From positions 51,101 to 115,100 of the forward strand of contig OZ287701.1 in assembly GCA_965649825.1 (NCBI GenBank): a stretch of 64,000 nucleotides of DNA, in the 5' to 3' direction. Shown here one piece after another: positions 14,063 to 25,158 of the stretch (the stretch's first letter is position 1; every line of letters begins with the position of its first letter). The position numbers were made by a program, and so were the translations under genes. Under the pieces are notes generated by a model. It searched no databases and was not told the origin of the DNA. It saw only the letters and a program-made list of their open reading frames with translations. This DNA comes from Penicillus capitatus. Lineage: Eukaryota; Plantae; Chlorophyta.

Positions 14063-15105
14063 ATGCACGCAACACTCTTCAGAGCACCTCTCTCGCGGAC
14101 GCCATGCATAGCCATGCTCAATGAAAGTGAACGCCGTTTCGTCCCAACGCGTCGCGTCCTGATCGGCATCGTCGGAAGCGTCTTTCTGCGTCCTCTTGCG
14201 TCACCCGCTGCAGCCACGTCGCCGATGGAAGCTGTACTTGAAAATCCTGACTGGCCACCCACATTTCCTTTTCGCCCAGACGATTTCCAACGCTACGATG
14301 AACGTCAAGATGCCGAATTCTACAGCGCGCCGCGATTTGTTACCCACATCGACGATCCTGCCATCGCTGCCCTCACCAAGCACCCACCCTTCTAGAATCT
14401 CTCTCCGTCATGCGTTTGTGAAGCTAGGTACTATGCCAGTGTCTTCCCTCAAGATCCCGATACCTCTTACCTCGATCTCTGCAGCAGTTGGATCAGTCAT
14501 TACCCCAAAGGCATCAAAGCGAAACGCATTTCGGGGCTCGGCATGAATGAGCAGGTGCCTCGTGTCCTTTATCGCTCATGATTTGTCAAATGGGATGCAA
14601 ACAGGAACTGGCCAGAAACGCCGTTTTAACGGACTACGTTGTTCACGATCTCAATTCCGATCCAACTTTCCCGTACGAGAACGAAACGTTCGATGTCATC
14701 ACCAACGCCGTTTCGGTGGACTACTTGGCCAAACCTCTCGATGTCGATGAAACCGCATGCCTAGGCATTTTCCTTCACGTCCGACTGCACCATAGGTATT
14801 CAGGGAGATGCATCGTGTGCTGAAGCCTGGTGGATTGGCACTCATGAGTTTCTCCAATCGATGTTTTCCGACGAAAGGTCACACTTTTATGGCAGATCGT
14901 CTGCGCTTATGTTCTGTTGCTGATCTCAGTGATTCAGATCTGGACGACAACGGGAGATGCGGATCACATCTACATCGTGGGATCTTACTTCCGCTATTCC
15001 ATCGAAGGTGGATTCGATCCTCCCCGATGCGCCGATATCTCACCGAAGGCTGGATTCTTTGGCGCCAGCGATCCGTTGTATGTTGTCTATTCTCGCAAAG
15101 TGTGA
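14063..15105 (+). CDS. Plastid-targeted class I SAM-dependent methyltransferase (type 11)
   Basis: Transit-like N-terminus; FQRYDERQDAEFYSAPRFVTHIDDPAIAALT; LDLCSSWISH; FDVITNAVSVDYLAKP; SFSNRCFPTK. Confidence 0.88.
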
Positions 15106-15193
15106 GATGTGAAAACGCTTTTTATTCGCATCAATGCCTTCTTTTGATGGGTCAACAAAAAAGCAAAACTGTCTGTCCCATGCCGGGTCCGTC

Positions 15194-16032
15194 TCATCTA
15201 CGGCATCCAATTTGCGCACGGCTGTCGCCTTGGAGTGTTGGATTTTCACACATACGCTTAACATCTTCACCTCCTAGCAATAGTGACCGTTCAGAAGAGT
15301 GAGATATACGGGCAGGGCAAGGAGGGAATACCGATGAGCGCATCTTCGAAGTTTGTGTTCTCTAAGTTGGCCTCATTGAAGTTTGCCCCTGTGATGACGC
15401 TGTTCGTTAGATTGGCGTTCTTCAGATTTGCCTTGCTGAAATCTGCACGGTCTAGAATCGCATTGGCCAGATTTGCCCCTTCAAAATTGGCACCCATGGC
15501 AAATGCCTGCATTGCAGTCTGAATGCTTAAATAAGGCATATGAGTGAGATCACACTTTCGAAAAGACGACTTCTTCTAAATTAGCTCCAGAAAAGTCGGC
15601 ATCTTGCAACAGCCCTCCTGACAAGACGCGTCCTTTCAAATCTTTGGTACGGTAGATGCACTGACGCAGGTCTAATAGCGAATTGGACACAGCGTTGGCC
15701 TGACGGGCAGAAGTGTGAGATTGATCTGCCACAAAAGAGTGAGAACCTGTCCAATCGTATTCCCCACAAATCCACGATCGCAGCGATCAGGAGTATCGCT
15801 GATCGGCGGGAATCTTGATGGCGGTGCTGCCTCTGTGATAGGAGCAAAGATCAGACATCCAGACAAGGCACCACTCAAGGCGATATTCCTCAATCTTTTA
15901 CACCATCCTAAAAACGGCTCTCCGTTTCCAACCAGAGAGTTAGAAGTGTGAGAAACGTGAGGAAGGTGCGAGATGTGCTCCCCCGTCGATACGGCTCGGC
16001 GTCGATGAAGCGCAAATGCGATAAGACGACAT
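15194..16032 (-). CDS. TL17: Thylakoid lumenal 17.4 kDa pentapeptide-repeat protein
   Basis: [21 protein letters not shown]|ANAV...LDLRQC followed by A(N/D)F/L pentapeptide repeats and a C-terminal CENPTL...IGC; start codon uncertain. Confidence 0.85.
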
Positions 16033-16096
16033 CGTACGATGCAGAGAACGCGATAGATACCCCGCCTCATTAGCCAGACGTTCGATCAATCGATCG
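16033..16096. promoter_or_regulatory. Putative bidirectional promoter (64 bp) between TL17 and MBD4
   Basis: Divergent ATGs; CGATCG at 16091-16096. TL17 start is uncertain. Confidence 0.45.
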
Positions 16097-16829
16097 ATGA
16101 CGCGCGTATCGAAACGCAAACGCGATAGCCAGTCCATCAATCGACATTCCCAAACCGAGAGATTTCGGCGACTGCCAGGGCAGCAGAGGGCAGATCCGTA
16201 CCGCGTTGAGTGGAAACCTCCCGCGTCGCCTTTTGGCTTGTTAGAAGAGGAGCTCTATGACGATCCATGGAAGCTCCTTGTTGGATGTCTTCTGCTCAAC
16301 AGAACATCGATTGCCCAAGTCCCATCAAACACAGCAGCATAGATGGTCATCCCATTGTGTGTCCGATCGCAGGTTCGTCAGGTGATTTGGGAGTTCTTTG
16401 CAAAATGGCCGGATGCGCATTCGGCAACATCTGCTCGTCTTAGTGACCTATACGCTGTTTTACATCCATTAGGCTTCGGTACGAAACGCGCTCAGTATAT
16501 TAAGAGCTTCTCGTACGAGTACCTTAACAAAGAGGTCATCGACAGCAGTCGGTTCGCAATGATGTGACGTTTGTATTAGTGGAAGGATCCGAAAGAACTG
16601 AAAGGCATGGGCGACTACGCCTCTGACGCCTACTTCATCTTCTGCAAAGTATTGCATCCCATGGCCGCCGCCATCCTTCCCTCCAAACAGTCGCTGTCTT
16701 TTCTAGGGTGCCTGGCGTGACGTTCAGCCGACCGACAAGGAACTAAGGCGCTATGTTGGGTGGCTGCAGACGTGTCATTCTCTAGGATTCTTCAATGTTG
16801 TATTTAATGGATCCGATATACAAAGATGA
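16097..16829 (+). CDS. MBD4: MBD4-like HhH-GPD DNA glycosylase
   Basis: [74 protein letters not shown]. Confidence 0.9.
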
Positions 16830-16850
16830 CTAGATGCCACCCGAAGGAAG

Positions 16851-17708
16851 ATGTTGTGCACGTGGTCATCGATCGGATCGACGCGGCGATTCGTTTCTAA
16901 TCGACGAGTTCCACAAAACGTCGTTTTGCGTTTGGCGCATCGACGCCATCGTCGTCGCACTTTCCTTCTCACTGCCCGGACGGTCCTGGAACCGTCTCTC
17001 ATCGAATCGGACGTCGACGATGGGGACAGAGAGAAGGAACTGGACTTCGAATACGATCCCTTGACGACAAAGCAGGTCAAAGCTCTCGTGCGCACCCTCT
17101 GCGAGGAAACGACCATCGCGCAACTGCACCTGCGATTGGGATCTTACGCCATCAAGATTCAACGCAGCGGTAATGGTGGCATACAGGATCCGCAGATCAG
17201 ACAGCCGTCTATGGATGTAGTGAACAGTCATCGTAGCAGCAGTTACAATGGGGCATTACCTGTCGTACATGAGCACCCTGAGAGCATTGTGGAGAAGGTG
17301 TCTGAGGAATCGATGGAGGGCAGCGTGGAAGATTCGTTTGCTGAAGAGGATTCCATGGCATCGATCGACGAGAGTCTGATGCTGATCGATTCGCCGAAGG
17401 TAGGATTCTTTCGACACGGTGTCTTCAACAAAAACGGCAAGAAAGTGGGCAAAGGTCCCATGCCAGGAGACGAAGTACATCACCGTTATGTGTGATAAAG
17501 TGTGAGAATGATGTGACAGGTGAAAGCTGGACAGTCGCTCTGTGCGATTGAACAACTGGGCATCTTTACGCCGATCTTAGCTCCGCAGCAAGGAGAAGTG
17601 TTGGCCTTTCCCTTTACCGACGGCGAACCGGTGGCCTACAAGGATGCCGTTGTGGAATTCTCTCCCTATTTTGGTGGGCACATCATTGGAGACAAGAAAT
17701 ATGCTTAA
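16851..17708 (+). CDS. BADC: Biotin attachment domain-containing protein (non-biotinylated BCCP-like, plastid ACCase regulator)
   Basis: Transit peptide, IDSPKVGFFR, VKAGQSLCAIEQLG. It lacks the EAMKL biotinyl-lysine motif, which is typical of BADC/BLP proteins. Confidence 0.8.
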
Positions 17709-17819
17709 CGTCCCTTTTCTCATCCGATGTCCTTTCTTTCATACAAGTGGATTTTGTCTGTCGTCTGCATCTGCCTTCAGCAGACATGTGTGTGCAATCG
17801 TGCCTTGTCTTGTCACCTG

Positions 17820-19906
17820 TTAAGCAAGCATCGCCTGGGCGTGACCTGCAAAACTTGGACTGAAGATCGACTGTTCGCACAGAGATGCCAAATCCTGTAC
17901 GATATGTGCCAATGCCTACGCATCACACATGAGATGCACGCGGCAAAAGTGTGAGAAGAACATCGGGTCGTCCGAGGGACTTTGCTTTGAGGGACATCTC
18001 TCTGAGCTCGTCCTGCTTCGACACAAACCAATCGCGCAGAATCTCGGCGATCTTTTCCGGTCGCTGTTCGTAGGTTCCCACCCGGTTCTCCGTGACAAAC
18101 GGAATGTTCCCGGTCTCCTACACATGGTCACACTTTCTCACTCTTGAGCAGCGACAAGGAAACGGTTACTTGTCCTGGAATGTGACCGTTCAATAGAATG
18201 GGCGTTCCACAGATGAGAGCTTCGGCAATTGTTCCTGGCCCAGCTTTCGTCACGACGGCATCGCAGGCGCACATCCATTCGTTCATATTATGCACAAAGC
18301 CATGCACCAAGACCTGTGCCGAAGGTATTTCACTCAAGAGTGCGTTCGTGTGAGAAAGGCATTTCCTACGTGCATTCCGGGAGAATAGGATCGTTCGCTG
18401 AGTCGTCGAGCGAGTGCTTGATTTCGACCACAGATGACAACGATCTGTACCAGTGCACCGAGCGATTTCTCGATGGCCATCACTGTCTTCTCGAGACTTC
18501 CCATTCCTTCACCCCCTCCCACGAGCAACACGGCTGGCACGTCGTCCAACATGTTCTGCACAAACACACAGATCCGTTATCATCATGGTCCATCCCAACC
18601 AACTGCCCTGGCACCAGTTTTTTCCTTAACGTTGACTTGGAAGGCAGCGGCTTGCCGAATTCTGGACGAATCGGCAGTCCTGTTGCGAAATGTGTGAGAC
18701 AAGAGTGAGATTGACAGTGGCTCAAATGTCACACCATGCAGTGTGAGTTGATCGGGCTGCAGACCCAGTCTTCGTCCAAGCTTGTAACAGTACTCTGTCG
18801 GTACAAAGCATTGCGTCACTCCTGTGTGAAACCTGACATCCCATGCTACGGTCACACAAAACTGACGTCATTGTGATTGTCATTACCATGAATTGTGACA
18901 AGTGGTGTAATCTGTAATGACTGTGGCAAAGGCAATCGGTCGTTGTATGCCGGACCTGCACACCACCTCCATCCTCCAATAAACAGCGCATCTCTGGAAG
19001 ACCTACCGGATTCTGTCGCGCAAGACTCTGATAGGAATGTGTTGAAGCAGAGGATGAACCGAAACCTGAAGCCCAGTAAAAAGAGTGAGACAAAAGAGTG
19101 AGAGGAGGAGAAAAGGCACAATGAGATCAGGTTTGTAGAATTCGTAGGCTTCGTTGATGCGTTGATAACAGAAGAGTTGTATAAAAGCAAAGTAAGGCCG
19201 ATGGACCCATCGTGGGTTGAGAACGTGATAGAGGAGCCAATAGAGCCACGGATGTCGCACCTGTCACATCACAGATGGCCCACCATCACAGTCATATCAA
19301 TCGCTTGCAGGAAGCTACAAGGAAGCTGTAGGTATCTGGCATCCGATTCACAGGATATGGAGCGTGTTCCGTCCACAGATCCACCACATTCACCTATCTT
19401 TCCACACCATAATCGAACACCATTCATTTTTCCATGATGTGACAGCCGACATCGTATTTGTCCTTATAGGCTTGCAGGAATCCTGATCGCAATGCCTCTG
19501 CCGATGCCCGATGTCCACCTCCTGTCTTTGAATAAATAATCAGAATGCGTTTTCTTCGCGGTATCTTCCGTTTGTATCCCACAAAGTTCAGCAGAGATGA
19601 TGGCCATCCAGCATATGCCACTAACCCCAAAGGATCAAACTGCAAAACACAGAACGCTACATACCAAGACACTGACCATCTATCTGCGTTCATTACAGGT
19701 AAGGCGCCTGAACCGCAGCCGAATCCAAATCCACTGCCGATAGCTTTTCTCAGCCAATGAGGTCTTCGCCGTACCTATCATCCGTCGACAAATCTCCCCG
19801 TCTCCGTCTCGCCAAAGCGCCATGCCTTGGATCGGACAATCGGACGTGGGACCGACGATACGGCAGATGTCGTTGCTGGGTGACGCATCCCAGACGACCG
19901 GATCAT
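17820..19906 (-). CDS. MGD1: Monogalactosyldiacylglycerol synthase
   Basis: [70 protein letters not shown]. First intron is GC-AG (19775-19825). Confidence 0.93.
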
Positions 19907-19965
19907 CACGACACCGTCCATACGACCTTCGATCGTAGCTGAAGTGACGTCGCTTTCTTGCAGCG
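19907..19965. promoter_or_regulatory. Putative bidirectional promoter (59 bp) between MGD1 and ALG5
   Basis: Divergent ATGs at 19906 (-) and 19966 (+); TCGATCGT at 19929-19936. Confidence 0.5.
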
Positions 19966-20973
19966 ATGTGGTTTTGGTTCCTGTGCCTTGTCATCATCAT
20001 CGGCTTTGCTTCACTCGTCGCCGGTTGCGTACGCAACGCCGTCATCTTGGAAAGGCAATCCAGAACACCGGCATCGGTTCTGTCCTATACCCTTGACGAC
20101 CCAAACCCTGCAGCGGTCTCTCAGCCCACCTTTCGTCAACAAGACATCTCCGTCGATTTCTCACTCGTGATTCCGTGCTACAATGAGGCGAAGCGCATTA
20201 CACGGACACTGGAGACAACGAAGCAGTACTTCGATTCCTTAAGGGACGGTCAGGGGCATCCATTGACGTATGAAGTGGTCGTTATCGATGACGGCTCACA
20301 GGACGACACCATCGAAACGGTGCAGCACTTTGCAAAGTACTTCGAATCGGAAAAGATCTTCCGCCTGTTTAAACTGGAACGCAATTGCGGCAAAGGAGTC
20401 GCCGTCAAGGAAGGATTGCTGCGGACACGTGGAGCACTCTGTCTCTTTCTCGATGCCGACGGCGCAACAGAAATCTCCGAATGCCAATCACTCATGGAAA
20501 AGCTCCTGCATCTGCTGAACCTGACCAGAGGAGAGAAGTTCGATCGAGACCATCTCAGGCAACTGGCAGACAGTCCCGCTATTGTGGTCGGATCCCGTGC
20601 GCATCTTCAGGCCAAGGCGATCGCCCATCGCTCGCCTATTCGCAATTTCTTGATGCATGGATTCCATCTGCTTGTCTGGGTGGCCACACGGACGCCCATT
20701 CGCGATACCCAATGCGGTTTCAAGCTGTTGACACGTGCAGCAGTGAATCGCATCTTCCCTCACGTGAAGATCCGTCGCTGGTGCTTCGATGTTGAGGTTC
20801 TCTTTCTGGCAAAGCGCCATCGCATTCCTGTCGGCGAAGTGCCCGTTCGATGGCACGAGATTCCGGGATCTAAGGTCCGCATGCATCACATCTTCCACAT
20901 GGCATGGGAACTCGGCACCATCTTTTTCGGTTATATCCTCCTTCCATCATGGAAAAAGGGCAAGGGAGAGTAA
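19966..20973 (+). CDS. ALG5: Dolichyl-phosphate beta-glucosyltransferase
   Basis: Intronless. N-terminal TM helix, SLVIPCYNE, VIDDGSQD, NCGKGVAV, LFLDADGAT, GSRAHL, DTQCGFKL, WCFDVE. Confidence 0.93.
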   Translation: MWFWFLCLVIIIGFASLVAGCVRNAVILERQSRTPASVLSYTLDDPNPAAVSQPTFRQQDISVDFSLVIPCYNEAKRITRTLETTKQYFDSLRDGQGHPLTYEVVVIDDGSQDDTIETVQHFAKYFESEKIFRLFKLERNCGKGVAVKEGLLRTRGALCLFLDADGATEISECQSLMEKLLHLLNLTRGEKFDRDHLRQLADSPAIVVGSRAHLQAKAIAHRSPIRNFLMHGFHLLVWVATRTPIRDTQCGFKLLTRAAVNRIFPHVKIRRWCFDVEVLFLAKRHRIPVGEVPVRWHEIPGSKVRMHHIFHMAWELGTIFFGYILLPSWKKGKGE

Positions 20974-21291
20974 CAGACAGAGAGAGACAGATATGTCATG
21001 TCATGTGTAAACGGCAACCTCGACGTGAGAGATGCCATTGCGTCCGTCGGTTGCGGGTAGACGGACGGATAAGTGATTCCAAGGGGGCTTGATTTTGTGA
21101 GGGCACGTTGCCGGATGATCGGCGTACGTCGCATGGCGTTCTTTCAACCGTCATCTTCGGCGATGCCGATTTAAAGGTCGCTGCTGCGGTCTGTCGTGTC
21201 TAGTCGATTGATTCGTTCGTCTCTTCTGCTTTATCGTCTGTCTGTGACGCGGTGCATTCGACCTTTGTCGCTGTCGCTGAGCGAAGCAAAG

Positions 21292-21597
21292 ATGTCTCCT
21301 TTTAAATACGCCATGCTCTTCATCGCTCTCATGGCTCTGTTTGCACGACACGGAGAGTGCCGAATGGTGGAGGCAAACGACGAGGCATTGTCTATGGACA
21401 ATGCGCAACTCTCACAAAAAAACAGTACGTACTCCTTGCTCTTCCATTCCGGGACCATCGGGTGCATTGCTGCCGCAGTGGCTGTGCGTCGTCTGCTGGC
21501 ATCGCCGCCCGAGCTCGAAGTGGAAGCATCGGCATCCGCACCAGACGAGGACGACTTTGAAATAGAGGAAGATTTCGATGCGTCTTCTGATAACTAG
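21292..21597 (+). CDS. Small secreted protein / propeptide precursor with RRLL motif
   Basis: Hydrophobic signal peptide MSPFKYAMLFIALMALFARHGEC; in-frame 54-nt GT-AG intron at 21425-21478; RRLL followed by an acidic tail. Confidence 0.65.
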   Translation: MSPFKYAMLFIALMALFARHGECRMVEANDEALSMDNAQLSQKNSTYSLLFHSGTIGCIAAAVAVRRLLASPPELEVEASASAPDEDDFEIEEDFDASSDN

Positions 21598-22341
21598 CCT
21601 GCCTGCTCAGCTGAAGCTATCCTAATGGAATTTTAGCAGCAGCAGCAGCAGCAAAAACAATTTCAGCGACTCATCATCTGATTTATCATTTCGCTAGGGT
21701 GACCGACTCTGGGTTCTCGTGAAATCTCTGGTACAGTAGAATAGGGGAAAGGATGATAGTCAATTTCAAGAGCGTTTGCCGCGCTGTGCCATGCGCTTGT
21801 TGGACATTTAAACATTTCTGAACTTGTATGGACGTGCTCGACCGTAATGAGAGCAGATTTCACTGGCCTCAAAGCGCAAGCATGTACAGACCAGGACCAG
21901 ACACTCGGTATTCCCACACGGACGGACAGGCAGGAGGAACATCGACAAGAAGTTCACACAGATCTTCACAGTGATCGATCGAGACAGGCAGTTATCAGCC
22001 ACGTCATCTTGTGCCAGAAAAGGCAGGACGCAACACATGGGCTCAAGATCTGCATCGCTCTTCGCTGCTCAGAAGCTATACTCAACGTCGAATGAGTCTT
22101 TGCACGATCATGTTGACCGTCCTGAGACAGATACTCCAAATGGTCGCGTCACAGAGCATTCCAGCCTTCTTTGTTCACGTCTTTGTTTCTTTTTCGTTTG
22201 CGTCGTCTCGCGTCCCGCTTTAGCGGCAGGAGTTTGTCTCGTCCTTTGTGTCTCCCTTTGCGTCATACGCCACGAGATGGAAGTACGTCGACGTTATGAC
22301 GATGGGCATCAAAGAGCGCGATCCCGGTGTCTGTCCAGACG

Positions 22342-23676
22342 ATGGTTCCACAAAAGAGCCTCGCCGAGGGAGAGACGGACAACGAAAGCGGAATCTACAA
22401 GACCGTCGAGTTTCGCATGTTCTGTTTTAAGGTAAGGCGACGCGCGACGACGATTTCGTTTTGTCCGTTCTTGTACATCTTGACGTCACCGTTGACGGCG
22501 GCGAACTGCGCGCGAGCAGAAATGCGTCTGACCGGGTCAAACATGCACAGACCCTCGATGTCCTTCCCCGACGACGACGACAAGCGTCAGCGTCTGTTTA
22601 GGTACTGCCATGCAGCAAGCGTTTCTGTCACGACTGGACCAACTGCCCCTTTGCCCATCCCGGCGAAAAAGCGCGAAGACGTGATCCCCGTGTCTTCCAC
22701 TACAAGGGTATCGCCTGTCCCGAAATGAAAATGGTAAGACGTGTCGTCGCCGTACAAAACCGCGCCTCTATACCCAACGCACGCAGGGCCTCGTCTGTCC
22801 ACGTGGATCCGCCTGTCCCTTTGCTCACAACGTCTTTGAGTACTGGCTCCATCCCAACAGGTCCATTCCCTCAACCGATCCTACCATTGACCACATCGGT
22901 GGAGATTGACGCCCTGCATTCATGGATTTAGATATCGTACGCAGCCATGCAACGATGGACCGGCATGCAGTCGACGCGTATGCTTCTTTGCGCATACCCT
23001 TGACGAGCTCCGTGTTCCGTCGGAGGATACCGAGAACTATGCACCGGTGTCGGCGCTCGAAGATTCGAGTGAGTCCGATGTGGCCGATCCTTTGGCATCA
23101 GTGAACGATATCGAGCAACTGATCCACGATGCGAGCTGCGATCTGCCTGTGCATCTCCCTCGACCGCATGCCCTTCTGGGGCATATGGCTTCAAGAGAGG
23201 GACGTGCATCGTCCGTCTTGCCTGCGCTGCGTGTGGATACTGCCGCCGCCGGCATCTCGGCCTCTTCGCAGCACGCATATACCGTGAGCTCTCTGACGTC
23301 TTCGTTGCTGTCACATCTGCCAGAACCGGACGTCTTTGAGCATGGGGACTTGGCTGAGAAGCCACACTATATAGAAAAATCGCTGACGGATCTGCTGAAC
23401 TATGAAAATGAAGCTCCGCTGCAACGCTCGCCTCTATCGACCTTTAATCTGCAGAATTACGATACGAGTGCTTTAGAGAGTGGCCTCCACTGGAATGGCG
23501 GTCCGCCCAGGTTGTTCGTAGACAGAACTCGATCTTTGTCCAATTCATTCCGAAGATCACTCGTGGGCAGTTACTCTTCGGATATCGAGAATTTGTCTCA
23601 CGAGTTTTTGGAATCTGCTGTGATCTCTAAGTCTTCCAAACCATTCTTACTTGCCAGTCAGGCATGCAATTTCTAG
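22342..23676 (+). CDS. Tandem CCCH zinc-finger protein (plant RR-TZF type)
   Basis: EFRMFCFK|[29 protein letters not shown]...[36 protein letters not shown]. Confidence 0.92.
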
Positions 23677-24375
23677 AGATAACCAAACAACAACACCTTA
23701 GGGTTTTCGTGGTCGGGGTGCCTCTGTTTATTAAACTCATACTAGCTCCATGGAACGGACATCGGATCGATGGACGGATGGATCCACACCTGAACGACAA
23801 GGATGCTCAGTGAACCATGGATCATGCTTTTTTTTCTTGGCATTTTGGTTTCTGTCGGTACGTCGCCCTTAACCAACAGGGCATGATGGATGGTGTTTGT
23901 TTGACTTCTTTATTAGCCCAGATGATGTTTACGACACCGCACGAATGTTTTTAATTTGAGATGTACAAACAATCAATCAATCAATCGAATGGATGGATGG
24001 ACAGACGGAGAGAGGGAAAGATACTTACGCATAAATGCTGTTATCATCCATCTGGGCACTTAACATGGTTAGGAGAACGAGAAGAAAAGGACTGTCTTTT
24101 CACAATGAATGCATATTTGAAGTAAAGAAAGATGTGGAGATGGTGGTGATGGTGGCGGCGCAGTCTCTGTTGTTGTTTTGTGTAATAGTCAACCACCTGA
24201 ACCCATATCACCATTCTAGATACCTCATTCTTATCGTCCCTGTGTCATTTGTTGTAAGCAAAGCCGATGAGGATGAGAAGAGATCGCTGCCCTAAACATG
24301 CTGTTAAACAATAATACAGAATCGTCATGCACATCAAGACAGGCGAGCGAGCGTAACCGTCCATCATTCAGGCGG

Positions 24376-24991
24376 CTAGACATGCTCGACCTTGTCTCGC
24401 AGAACGACGGGGTTCTCTTCTTTGAGCTTCATTCTTTCGGCAGCTTTTCGATCGAATGGACATTCGTGCTCTTGTGGATAACGATGCGCTTGACAGAATT
24501 GGCCTCCGCAACGACAGGAGAAGGCCATTAATCCCACACGTTTCGTACACTTGGAACAGCGTGTTGGGCGTGGTCGCTTCGCCGGACTTGCCACAACCGC
24601 ATCTGTATCTGTTATGGCAGGAACAGCAACAGACACACGTCACATCATTTTCATGACTCCACTCCCAAATGGCATGCATGTCTTACTGGTTTGAGGTGGC
24701 GGTGGTGGTTCTGTTGACGAGGTCGTCGGAAGGGGATGGACAGGAATGGGTGGCGAGAACTCTTGCGCCGGCTTGACCTCTTCAGCTTCTGTCGATGGCG
24801 CCGTCTGTCTCGAGAGAAAGTGCTTAAAACAGATGGAACACATACCATTGCACTCAGGATTTCTGCCACGTGACCGTCCAACAGAGCCATGATACAAATG
24901 CAGCTTACGCGAAGAAACCACAGTTGTTGGAACAGAGCGTCGGCGCCGGAGGCGATTCGCAACGGTCTTGTGTTTCGCTTGGATGACTCAT
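24376..24991 (-). CDS. A20/AN1 zinc-finger stress-associated protein
   Basis: A20 finger LCSNNCGFFA|NPECNGMCSICFK and AN1 finger RCSKCTKRVGLMAFSCRCGGQFCQAHRYPQEHECPFD. Confidence 0.92.
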
Positions 24992-25158
24992 CCCTTCAAA
25001 CGACGACGATGTGCGCTACTGGGAGGATAGGGATGGAATAGCAGCTGGTAGAGGTCGACTATAAACAGCCGCGGCGAAATCGGAGCGCTTTACGGCAATG
25101 CGAAAATGACGTCATACCATACGCGTTGTTTCATCCATCTGCCTTCGCTGTCATCGCC

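Noticed and set aside
16851-17708. Loss of the biotinyl-lysine as a novel defect in BCCP
   Set aside because: This is the known hallmark of the BADC/BLP family.
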